A DNA stretch of 64,000 bases. Origin: an uncultured Acidimicrobiales bacterium. Its GTDB lineage: Bacteria; Actinomycetota; Acidimicrobiia; Acidimicrobiales; SZUA-35. The stretch spans positions 10,958 through 74,957 of the forward strand of contig CALAJQ010000009.1 of the NCBI GenBank assembly GCA_937922785.1. The letters are read 5' to 3'. Below, in pieces: positions 26,906-34,419 of the stretch. The notes below the pieces were generated by a model, which worked only from the letters and a program-made list of their open reading frames with translations, was not told the DNA's origin and made no database searches. The position numbers were made by a program, and so were the translations under genes. Position 1 is the stretch's first letter. Every line of letters begins with the position of its first letter.

Positions 26906-28138
26906 CTAGTTGTTGAGTGTTCGGCGGTTGAGTTCGTGTTTGGGCAAGGTGCTATCTCGACTGTTTAGGAGCTGCTCTGCCGTCTCGGAATGGCGCGGTG
27001 GGCGAGGAATCTCGTGGTACCAATCGGCGATTTGATCCCAGGCGTCATCGAGGATCAACATGTAGTCGTTGCATGCGCCGACGAGCGCGTGAAGGTCGCA
27101 TTGCCGCTGGATTCCTGGGTGGTTGGGAGACACTGGGAAAAACTCCTTCCCTTTTTGCTCGCCAAGCTTCCATTCGCAACCGCAGGTCGAGGCCCATTCG
27201 TACCATTCGTCGATCAGAGCCGCAGCTCGTGCATCGCCGCTTGCCCAGCTGAGGAACGGATCCAGCTCGGCTTCGGGCGTTCGGCCCAATTCCGTAATTA
27301 GGAAAGAATCGTCCCTGCCGTTGTTTGGCGAGGCCATGCGAATTCTGTACATCGCATTTGCGAGATCGTCTTCAGAGCTGCGCTCAGGAAGAAGCCAGAG
27401 GCCCCCGAATTTGCTCTTGAACTGATGCTCAGCCCACAAGACCTTTGCGAAATAGTAGAAAGCGTCGGCAAGACACCCAGTAGCTTGCTGTTCCTGTAGA
27501 TAGCCCTCATCGCCAGAACCATCGGGCATTCGGTCCCACGGTCGATCCTTTTCCAGAAGTGTCGACCGAAACGCCGTTAGTTCCCCACCAAGACCGCTGA
27601 CGGGAGTCCAGATGGCATACATGGTCTCGAATCGCGAGAGCCATTCGACCGCAAGACGAGAGCCGATCGGAGTCCGCACGTCATTTTGTAGGTGCGAGAG
27701 TCGACGCTGAAAGACATGAATGTCACCGAGAATCATCTGGGCAATTTGCTCAAATAGTCTTGGCTCCCAGTGCTGGCGGAAGTGACCGTCGCTTACATGC
27801 ATTAACTCAGCCGCGATTTTTCGGGCTTGCCCTGGCCGGTCGGATCTGCCACCTTCATGTAAGCCCAGGCTCGTCAACGCTGCATGTCCGTGATCGCCGC
27901 CGATACGAGTCGCCGCGTCTCTCACGAGAACTTCGATCATGGCCGGTGTGACTGGTTCGCCTTCGTCGACTGCGCCCGTTGCGACCACTGCTCTTTCGAG
28001 GCAGGGCATGTGCGCTTCGGCCAAGCGAAGAATTCCTCTTCGCCGCATGGCGGCCAGCTCTGAAGTTAAGTCCGCAGCGTCTGGTTGAGGTACTCCAGTT
28101 GAGGGGCGTTTCGACACATATCTGATCGTTACCATCAA
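26906..28138 (-). CDS. Hypothetical protein (410 aa), Trp-rich, with a helical N-terminal region
   Basis: Long ORF with ordinary codon and amino-acid usage. The N-terminal ~150 aa (ELAAMRRRGILRLAEAHMPCLERA...IEVLVRDAATRIGGDHGHAALTSLGL...ARKIAAELMHVSDGHFRQHWEPRLFEQIAQMIL) resemble a helical, possibly HTH-like module I have seen at the N-termini of actinobacterial proteins. The rest is unknown. Confidence 0.65.
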   Translation of the reverse strand: MMVTIRYVSKRPSTGVPQPDAADLTSELAAMRRRGILRLAEAHMPCLERAVVATGAVDEGEPVTPAMIEVLVRDAATRIGGDHGHAALTSLGLHEGGRSDRPGQARKIAAELMHVSDGHFRQHWEPRLFEQIAQMILGDIHVFQRRLSHLQNDVRTPIGSRLAVEWLSRFETMYAIWTPVSGLGGELTAFRSTLLEKDRPWDRMPDGSGDEGYLQEQQATGCLADAFYYFAKVLWAEHQFKSKFGGLWLLPERSSEDDLANAMYRIRMASPNNGRDDSFLITELGRTPEAELDPFLSWASGDARAAALIDEWYEWASTCGCEWKLGEQKGKEFFPVSPNHPGIQRQCDLHALVGACNDYMLILDDAWDQIADWYHEIPRPPRHSETAEQLLNSRDSTLPKHELNRRTLNN

Positions 28139-28220
28139 AAAACCATCAAGTCACCCCCAGATGGACCATCACCCAGTTGGTCTCCAATGACGTCATTCAC
28201 TTCAAACAGAGGAATGACTC

Positions 28221-28502
28221 ATGTTCAACACCAACCAAGTAAGTACGAATGCAGCGCTACCTGTGCTCGCAAGGAAGCACCAACGTGAAGCCGAGCAGGC
28301 CTCGCAACAAGCAATTGTCGCAGCACATCAAACAGAGGGTGCTTCGCTCGTCGCGTTTGTCGCTCTGCAGGGAGTCGACTTGCTAGCGAGTCAGGTGATG
28401 GCAATGCACGAGCGTCATGGGGACATCGTTATTCCGATGGTCAAGCCGATCTTGGATGGCTACGGCAAGCGAGTGAGCGGGCTCATCCAAGGGCAGCGTT
28501 GA
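28221..28502 (+). CDS. Hypothetical small protein (93 aa)
   Basis: ATG preceded by AGAGGA. First of a chain of closely packed plus-strand ORFs leading to the TraD-like gene. Confidence 0.5.
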   Translation: MFNTNQVSTNAALPVLARKHQREAEQASQQAIVAAHQTEGASLVAFVALQGVDLLASQVMAMHERHGDIVIPMVKPILDGYGKRVSGLIQGQR

Positions 28503-28503
28503 G

Positions 28504-28650
28504 ATGCAGTCATTCACTCCAAAGGAAGTTGCGATCTATCTCCTGACCGCCCCGGACGCCAGGGCTCGCACAAGACTCGCGCTGCTTCGAGCGAGTCTGG
28601 AACTGGCTGTCGCGGACTACCGCCTGTCAGTGAGAGCGCAGAGACGATGA
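28504..28650 (+). CDS. Hypothetical small protein (48 aa; below the track cutoff)
   Basis: MQSFTPKEVAIYLLTAPDARARTRLALLRASLELAVADYRLSVRAQRR. It starts 2 nt after the previous stop, and its stop overlaps the next start (ATGA at 28647..28650). Confidence 0.35.
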   Translation: MQSFTPKEVAIYLLTAPDARARTRLALLRASLELAVADYRLSVRAQRR

Positions 28651-28856
28651 GGTTCGGCCTAGTTGCATCTGCTCCGGACAGCATCGTCAGGTCAGACAAC
28701 GGTGACTTTGATGAGACCGCCTACCTCCGTGACTACTTTCGAAACTGGTATCGCACTCGATCTAAAGAAGGCCCCATTCCCGTTCGTGAGGTTGAGGAGA
28801 TGCAGTCCTTCTTGGCAGAGATGAACGACGACTCGTGGTCGGATGGAGACCGGTAG
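28647..28856 (+). CDS. Hypothetical small protein (69 aa)
   Basis: ATGA-coupled to the previous ORF. Acidic C-terminus. Confidence 0.4.
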   Translation: MRFGLVASAPDSIVRSDNGDFDETAYLRDYFRNWYRTRSKEGPIPVREVEEMQSFLAEMNDDSWSDGDR

Positions 28857-29044
28857 TGCTTGACCCAAGGTTTCGACGATCGTGGAGCGAGCGAATAGCT
28901 CTCGGTCTAGTCGCTCTAACTGCTGTCGCTTTTCTGAGCGAGCTTGTCGCTGAGACGCTGTTTCCGGTCCGACCGATTCTTGTAACGGCGACCATTATGG
29001 CGATTGGGTGGACGTGGTTTTCAGCTCGAAATCGGTACTTCTGA
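28835..29044 (+). CDS. Hypothetical small membrane protein
   Basis: Two hydrophobic helices (IALGLVALTAVAFLSELVA; ILVTATIMAIGWTWF). The start is more likely GTG 28856, overlapping the previous TAG. Confidence 0.4.
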   Translation: MVGWRPVVLDPRFRRSWSERIALGLVALTAVAFLSELVAETLFPVRPILVTATIMAIGWTWFSARNRYF

Positions 29045-29088
29045 TGACGCACCCAGCAGACGGTTCCGTTGTGGATTCCACCATAGAC

Positions 29089-29185
29089 CGCTCAGTTTTA
29101 TGAGCGTATTCTTGAAGAGTTTTTCACTCGATGTGGTGTGGCATCTAACACATTCATCAAATCAAAAAACTCACAATTATGAGTT
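29089..29185. promoter_or_regulatory. AT-rich control region with two CTCA-N6-TGAG palindromes (candidate operator, promoter or oriT)
   Basis: cgCTCAgttttaTGAGcg at 29089..29106 and aaCTCAcaattaTGAGtt at 29168..29185. Both sit in the 173-bp AT-rich gap upstream of the small ORF and traD-like gene. The same core recurs at 33203..33216. Confidence 0.35.
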
Positions 29186-29217
29186 CGGAACATTAACAAC
29201 AAAGGAGGGTAGGAAAC

Positions 29218-29370
29218 GTGGCGCATCGAGATATTGAGGTTGAATTCGAATGGAACGGAGAACTGAACCTAGAGGCCTTAGCCCGTGCCCTCCTTGAGCA
29301 TGTTCGACTGAGCCCCGAGAGATCAGCCCCCACCATGAGTGAGGCAAAACAGGAACGAGGGGCCGCATGA
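29218..29370 (+). CDS. Hypothetical small protein (50 aa; below the track cutoff)
   Basis: GTG start 7 nt after AAGGAGGG. Translation: VAHRDIEVEFEWNGELNLEALARALLEHVRLSPERSAPTMSEAKQERGAA. Its stop overlaps the next ATG (ATGA at 29367..29370). Confidence 0.4.
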   Translation: MAHRDIEVEFEWNGELNLEALARALLEHVRLSPERSAPTMSEAKQERGAA

Positions 29371-31583
29371 AAGTCTTCCGTCTAACATTCCCGCCCGACC
29401 TAAAGGAGTCAGCCATAAATGCTGCACTTGGAGGGCTTGCTCACGATCTCTATCGGAATCGACAGCCCCGACCCGTGATCTCACTCCGGTTGATTGCGAC
29501 GCAGAATAGAATTGAGCATCACCTGGAAGTTCCGGAGCTTATGTCAGGGACCGTGCTTGGTCGACTTCGCTCAGTATTGCCAAGCGTAAGAATCGAACCG
29601 ATTGAGAATCGAATGGGTGCCCAACCTCGGCTTGTTGTGGAACTCCGGATCACAGCCCGACAACGGCCGCTTCGGATCGATCGGAGCGCCTCAACGTCAT
29701 CGGGAATTCTCAGTGCGGCCTCGTCGTTGCGCAAGAACGAACGGCTGGAAATGTGTTGGACTCTTGCTGGTGCTCCGCCGGCCAGACCGCCACGACAACA
29801 GAGCGGTTTGAGTCAGGGGGCTCTCATGTCATCGCTCAGCTTCCTAATTCCGAACGAAGCCGGTGTATTCGAAATGGATGCACTCCGGCAGCACCGAGCC
29901 AAGCAAGCCGAGCCATTGCTCTTTGGAGTGGTCCGAATCGCTGCCTGGGCTCCAAACATTGGGAGAGCCAGGGGCGTTGCGACGCCTTTGGTTTCTGCTC
30001 TGCGCACGACCTCTGCTCCGGGGGTTGCCTTGATTCCACGTCGGCTTCCTCAGGTTTGGCTACGTCGCCAGTATTCGGTCAATGGGCTGCCTCTCGCGCT
30101 ATGGCCTATCGTGCTCAACTCAGCCGAGGCCACTCCACTCGTCGCTTGGCCTATCGATGGCCCTCAGGTTCCCGGCTTATCGCTCAACGGCTCTCGACAA
30201 TTAGCCCCGACTCGCAACCTTTCGCAACGGCCCTGTGATGGTGTCGTCATCGCTGACTCCACATTTCCGGGTGTGAATCGACCCTTAGTTTTGAAGGATC
30301 AAGATCGCCTGCTTCATACCCACGTGATAGGCCCCACAGGTGTGGGCAAGTCCACGCTGCTAGGCAACATGATCGTCTCAGACGCCGAGCATGGTCACGG
30401 CGTCATCGTGCTCGATCCGGGACGTGATCTAGTCAACGATGTTCTTGACAGGCTTCCAAGTCATCGCCATGGAGACGTGATCTTGCTTGACCCGAACGAC
30501 ACTCAGTTTCCGGTCGGTCTTAACCCATTGCAAGGTGCCGGTCGGTCACCTGACCTTGTCGCCGAACAACTGGTCGGCGTTATCCGTTCGATCTTCTCGA
30601 ACTATTGGGGGCCAAGGAGCGATGACATTCTTCGCACTGCGGTTCTGACCCTTTGCTACGCACGTGCAGATGCATCTTTCACAATGCTGGATATCCCAAA
30701 GATTCTGACTAACCCGACATTTCGGAGGCAAGTCGTTGGCAAGGTCAAAGACCCGACACTTCTTTCGTCTTGGTCCTCATTCGAGACACTTAGCGACGCG
30801 GCGCGCGCCCAGGCAATTGGACCGGTCCTCAACAAGCTTCGTGCATTCCTTCTGCGGCCGGGACTACGAAACATATTGGGCCAAGCCGAACCGGGGTGGT
30901 CGATCGACAGCGTACTGAGCGACCGCAAGATTCTGCTCGTCCCGTTGTCCGGCGGCGAGATCGGAGAAGACGCAGCCTCGCTGCTCGGTGCGCTGCTGTT
31001 CGCCAGAGTCTGGCAAGCAGCCCAGCGACGCTCGTCACTTGCCGCATCCGATCGTACTTCCGTGATGGTGTATTTGGATGAGTTCCAGACACTGCTGAAA
31101 CTCCCGGCCAAGACGGGAGACGTACTAGCGCGAGCCCGCAAGCTTGGTCTCGGTCTGACATTGGCCCACCAGCACTTTGGTCAGCTAACTCCGGAGGTTC
31201 GGACTGACGTATTGGCGAACGCACGGTCACGGATTGTCTTTCAATTGGGGTTAGACGACAGTCGCCTCGTTGCTAAACAGATGCCCGAGATGTCTCAGAC
31301 CGACCTCCTGAATCTTCCGCGCTACGAAGTCGTAGCCCGGTTGGCGGTCGATGGTGGGACAGCACCTGCGGTGACTGGTACAACCCGTCCTTTGGGTCGG
31401 CCTCACGGGCGCCGAGCTGCATTAGTTAAGCAGTCTCGTGGGCGATTCGGGAGGCCAATATCGGAGGTTGAGGAGGAGCTTCATCGGGGTTCTGAATCTC
31501 TGAAACATGGCTGGGATGTTGCTGACGTGATCGTGGGGTCGAAGCCCGTCCGAGACGACGACGAACCCGAGGTTCAGCTATGA
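29367..31583 (+). CDS. TraD/VirD4-like type IV coupling / HerA-FtsK-superfamily DNA-translocation ATPase
   Basis: 738 aa. Walker A HVIGPTGVGKSTLLGNM and Walker B SVMVYLDEFQTLL, followed by RKLGLGLTLAHQHFGQL and ANARSRIVFQL, as in TraD/TraG C-terminal regions. Confidence 0.8.
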   Translation: MKVFRLTFPPDLKESAINAALGGLAHDLYRNRQPRPVISLRLIATQNRIEHHLEVPELMSGTVLGRLRSVLPSVRIEPIENRMGAQPRLVVELRITARQRPLRIDRSASTSSGILSAASSLRKNERLEMCWTLAGAPPARPPRQQSGLSQGALMSSLSFLIPNEAGVFEMDALRQHRAKQAEPLLFGVVRIAAWAPNIGRARGVATPLVSALRTTSAPGVALIPRRLPQVWLRRQYSVNGLPLALWPIVLNSAEATPLVAWPIDGPQVPGLSLNGSRQLAPTRNLSQRPCDGVVIADSTFPGVNRPLVLKDQDRLLHTHVIGPTGVGKSTLLGNMIVSDAEHGHGVIVLDPGRDLVNDVLDRLPSHRHGDVILLDPNDTQFPVGLNPLQGAGRSPDLVAEQLVGVIRSIFSNYWGPRSDDILRTAVLTLCYARADASFTMLDIPKILTNPTFRRQVVGKVKDPTLLSSWSSFETLSDAARAQAIGPVLNKLRAFLLRPGLRNILGQAEPGWSIDSVLSDRKILLVPLSGGEIGEDAASLLGALLFARVWQAAQRRSSLAASDRTSVMVYLDEFQTLLKLPAKTGDVLARARKLGLGLTLAHQHFGQLTPEVRTDVLANARSRIVFQLGLDDSRLVAKQMPEMSQTDLLNLPRYEVVARLAVDGGTAPAVTGTTRPLGRPHGRRAALVKQSRGRFGRPISEVEEELHRGSESLKHGWDVADVIVGSKPVRDDDEPEVQL

Positions 31584-31707
31584 GTTGGGTAAATGAAGTC
31601 TCTCCGTTCGAGTCGCCGCTCGGTGTCCTAGTCGTTCCGGTTTGGGCCCTTGAGCTGCAGCCGATTCAGCATAATCTGTTCACGAAACATGACTCACGGA
31701 GTGCGTC

Positions 31708-32535
31708 ATGAGCTCGACCCTTAGTAAGCGGGCTGAGCGCGTCATTGACCAGCTCGATGAGATCGATCGCGAGTTGATTAAGACCGTTGGACGGTTTCGG
31801 CTTGTGTGTGCTCGGCAACTGAGGCGACTTTACTTTCCGTCTGTCGATGGGGCTGAGTCAGCGCCAGCGCGTCGAGCACGGCACCGTATGGCCCGATTGG
31901 TAAAGCTCGACGTACTCGCTCGATTACCGAGGCGCGTTGGAGGCTTTCAATCAGGAAGTGCAGGCTACGTCTACAGACTCGGCCCCGTCGGACTGCAGCT
32001 CACGCAATATAGAGGCACCCGAAACCGGGAATGGTCTCCGAGTCACTCTTGGGTTCGTCACAACCTGGCAATCACCGAGTGTTTCGTTCTGCTGCGGGAG
32101 ATTGAAAGGGACGGCCTTAGCAAGCTTCGCCTATTCGATCCAGAGCCCCATAGCTGGCGGCCGTTCTTCGGGCCCTCTGGGGGACCGGAAACACTCAAAC
32201 CCGATGCGTACGTCGTCCTTCAGGCCCATGGATTCGAGGAGCATTGGTTTCTCGAAGTTGACCGCGGCACCGAGTCCAAGAGTGTTCTGCGGCGCAAGCT
32301 AGATCGATACCTGGCCTACTTTCAAACAGGCCAAGAACAAGAACGTTTAGGTCTGTTCCCGCAAGTCAGGTTCATCGTGTCTCTTGCTGGGTCCCCCTCA
32401 CTTCAGACGGAAGCGGACCGGGTATCCGAAATCGAACGCGTCATATCCCAGCTCCCAGAATCAGCTCAACGGATCTTCAGCGCCAGCACCTTGAGCAGTT
32501 TGAGTGACCAGGTCCGAGCTGGGCCAGTCTCGTAG
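31708..32535 (+). CDS. Replication-relaxation family protein
   Basis: 275 aa. An N-terminal winged-helix-like region (LIKTVGRFRLVCARQLRRLYF) and LKPDAYVVL...WFLEVDRGTES..VLRRKLDRY match my recollection of PF13814. Confidence 0.7.
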   Translation: MSSTLSKRAERVIDQLDEIDRELIKTVGRFRLVCARQLRRLYFPSVDGAESAPARRARHRMARLVKLDVLARLPRRVGGFQSGSAGYVYRLGPVGLQLTQYRGTRNREWSPSHSWVRHNLAITECFVLLREIERDGLSKLRLFDPEPHSWRPFFGPSGGPETLKPDAYVVLQAHGFEEHWFLEVDRGTESKSVLRRKLDRYLAYFQTGQEQERLGLFPQVRFIVSLAGSPSLQTEADRVSEIERVISQLPESAQRIFSASTLSSLSDQVRAGPVS

Positions 32536-32572
32536 CTCATATCGAAATCAGCAATAACCAAAGGAGAACAAT

Positions 32573-33175
32573 ATGAATGGAGTAACCCCAGAAGGCACTC
32601 ACGGAGATCGCCCACCTGTCGAACAGGAGCGCTTGCCAGGGCCTGAGCCGCCTCGAATCTACGTCGCCTCACTATCGGATTACAACGCCGGGAGTCTGCA
32701 CGGTGAATGGATCGACGCAACACAAGAAGCCGAGACGATCTGGAATGAGATCCAGGACATGCTCGCTCGGAGCCCAGAGCTGATCGCAGAGGAGTACGCA
32801 ATCCATGACTACGAAGGTTTTGCAGGATGGTCACCCGATGAGTACGAGTCAATAGTTTCTGTCGCTGCTGTAGCGCAAGCACTCAGTGAACACGGACCAG
32901 CGGTCACAGCATGGATTAGTTACACGGACGAATCGCCAGAATCCGCCATCGAATCATTCGAGGAGGCCTATCTCGGGGAATGGCCTTCTATCTCAAACTA
33001 TGTCGAGCACCTCGTCGAGGACCTGGGCGTCACAATCGCAGTCGAACCAGAGGGCTGGAGTCGCTACGTAAAATTCGACACGGAAGCACTTGGACGAGAT
33101 CTTGCCATCGAGTTGAGCACGGCTGTGAGTCCTGACGGAGGCATCTATGTGTTTGACAGCAACGCATTGTGCTGA
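32573..33175 (+). CDS. ardA: ArdA-type antirestriction protein
   Basis: RIYVASLSDYNAGSLHGEWIDA...EEYAIHDYEGF...FEEAYLGEWPS..NYVEHLVEDLG...YVKFDTEALGRDL follows the ArdA pattern. Strong RBS (AAAGGAGAA). Confidence 0.8.
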   Translation: MNGVTPEGTHGDRPPVEQERLPGPEPPRIYVASLSDYNAGSLHGEWIDATQEAETIWNEIQDMLARSPELIAEEYAIHDYEGFAGWSPDEYESIVSVAAVAQALSEHGPAVTAWISYTDESPESAIESFEEAYLGEWPSISNYVEHLVEDLGVTIAVEPEGWSRYVKFDTEALGRDLAIELSTAVSPDGGIYVFDSNALC

Positions 33176-33202
33176 TCATTCCATTGTGTTGTAAAAACCA
33201 CG

Positions 33203-33216
33203 CTCAGAAATATGAG
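33203..33216. promoter_or_regulatory. Third CTCA-N6-TGAG palindrome, upstream of the XRE regulator gene
   Basis: cgCTCAgaaataTGAGtg lies 42 nt upstream of ATG 33258 in an AT-rich gap. Confidence 0.35.
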
Positions 33217-33257
33217 TGCTCCATGTTAAAATTCTGACACGTAAGCGGAACTTTCCA

Positions 33258-33650
33258 ATGAAAAGAGAAAAAGACGTCAACAAACTCGGAGAGCTGTTGC
33301 GAAGTGGGCGACTCGCAAAGGAGTTGCCACTCAGCAAGCTGAGCAGCCTCACCGGAATTTCCGAAGGAAGCCTCGTCGGCCTTGAAAAAGGGCAGTGGCA
33401 GAAGGTTGATCCCGAGAAGCTAAGGCTTCTCGCTCAAGCGCTCGGCTTGAACGGCCGCGATCTCTTCGTGATTGCGGGGCTCATGCCCGATGAAGAGCTG
33501 CCAACCGTCACGGGGTTGCTGCACGCTCGATACCGAAGCCTGCCGACAAGCGCTGTCAAAGAAATCGATGCGTTCGTTGAGTTCCAACTCGGTAAACATG
33601 GAATCCGACCTGACCAGGCGGGCCATGAACAACAAGACAAAGCGAGCTGA
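33258..33650 (+). CDS. XRE-family helix-turn-helix regulator (ImmR-like position)
   Basis: LGELLRSGRLAKELPLSKLSSLTGISEGSLVGLEKGQ is a classic HTH_3 segment. The start is ambiguous (ATG 33258 or GTG 33216). Confidence 0.75.
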   Translation: MKREKDVNKLGELLRSGRLAKELPLSKLSSLTGISEGSLVGLEKGQWQKVDPEKLRLLAQALGLNGRDLFVIAGLMPDEELPTVTGLLHARYRSLPTSAVKEIDAFVEFQLGKHGIRPDQAGHEQQDKAS

Positions 33651-33684
33651 TTCGCTCGCACCCACGACTAGAAGGAGGGACCAC

Positions 33685-34419
33685 ATGAATCAAGAGATCC
33701 GACAACTTAGAGGCAAGATTGAGTCGATTAGTGGCGCCACCCGGGGCAGGAGCTTGCTCGCTGATCTTCGAGCCTCTGTCCCTCATCAGATCCTCGGGGA
33801 GAAGCAAGCCAAACTGATAGCAGAGAAGCTCGCGCAGAAGATGCGAGCACGACTTGAACTTGAGGACGACTTTCCCTTTCCAAGCGTTGCGATTGAAATC
33901 CAGCCTCGGATCGAGGTGTCGACCCACCAAGATCTTCAAGACCCCTCGGGGCATCCACAGTCAGGTCTGAGCGGCTGGCATCCTAAGAAAAGAAAATGGA
34001 TCATCGCCATCAACGGGACTGATCACCCTCTCCGTCAACGGTTCACTTTGATGCATGAGTACGCACACGTAGTTCTGGGATCCGTTACTCGTACACCGAG
34101 TGAGCTAGAGCACTTTCTCCCATCTGTCGGAACCTACACCTCGACGGAGCGACTTGAGAACTTATGCGACCAGTTTGCGGCCTGCCTCTTAATGCCAAGA
34201 CCATTAATGAAACGGGCATGGACCGCTGGGCACCAAGACGTCAGGACCCTTGCCAGATTGTTCGGCACCTCTCGTATGGCGACCCGATACCGTCTACATG
34301 ACATTGGTCTGGTTGAGCCGGTCAGGCGCAGCAGGCCCTACTTTGGCGGAACGATGCACTTTCGGGACCAGTTGCCCGAACTCATAACTAGTCCCGCTGT
34401 GAGCCTAGGAGTTAAGTAA
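33685..34419 (+). CDS. ImmA/IrrE-family zinc metallopeptidase
   Basis: ATG 33685 follows GAAGGAGGG. HEXXH motif in FTLMHEYAHVVLG, and a downstream FAACLLMPRPLM segment typical of the family. The upstream part of track ORF 33472.. overlaps the XRE gene and is discounted. Confidence 0.8.
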   Translation: MNQEIRQLRGKIESISGATRGRSLLADLRASVPHQILGEKQAKLIAEKLAQKMRARLELEDDFPFPSVAIEIQPRIEVSTHQDLQDPSGHPQSGLSGWHPKKRKWIIAINGTDHPLRQRFTLMHEYAHVVLGSVTRTPSELEHFLPSVGTYTSTERLENLCDQFAACLLMPRPLMKRAWTAGHQDVRTLARLFGTSRMATRYRLHDIGLVEPVRRSRPYFGGTMHFRDQLPELITSPAVSLGVK

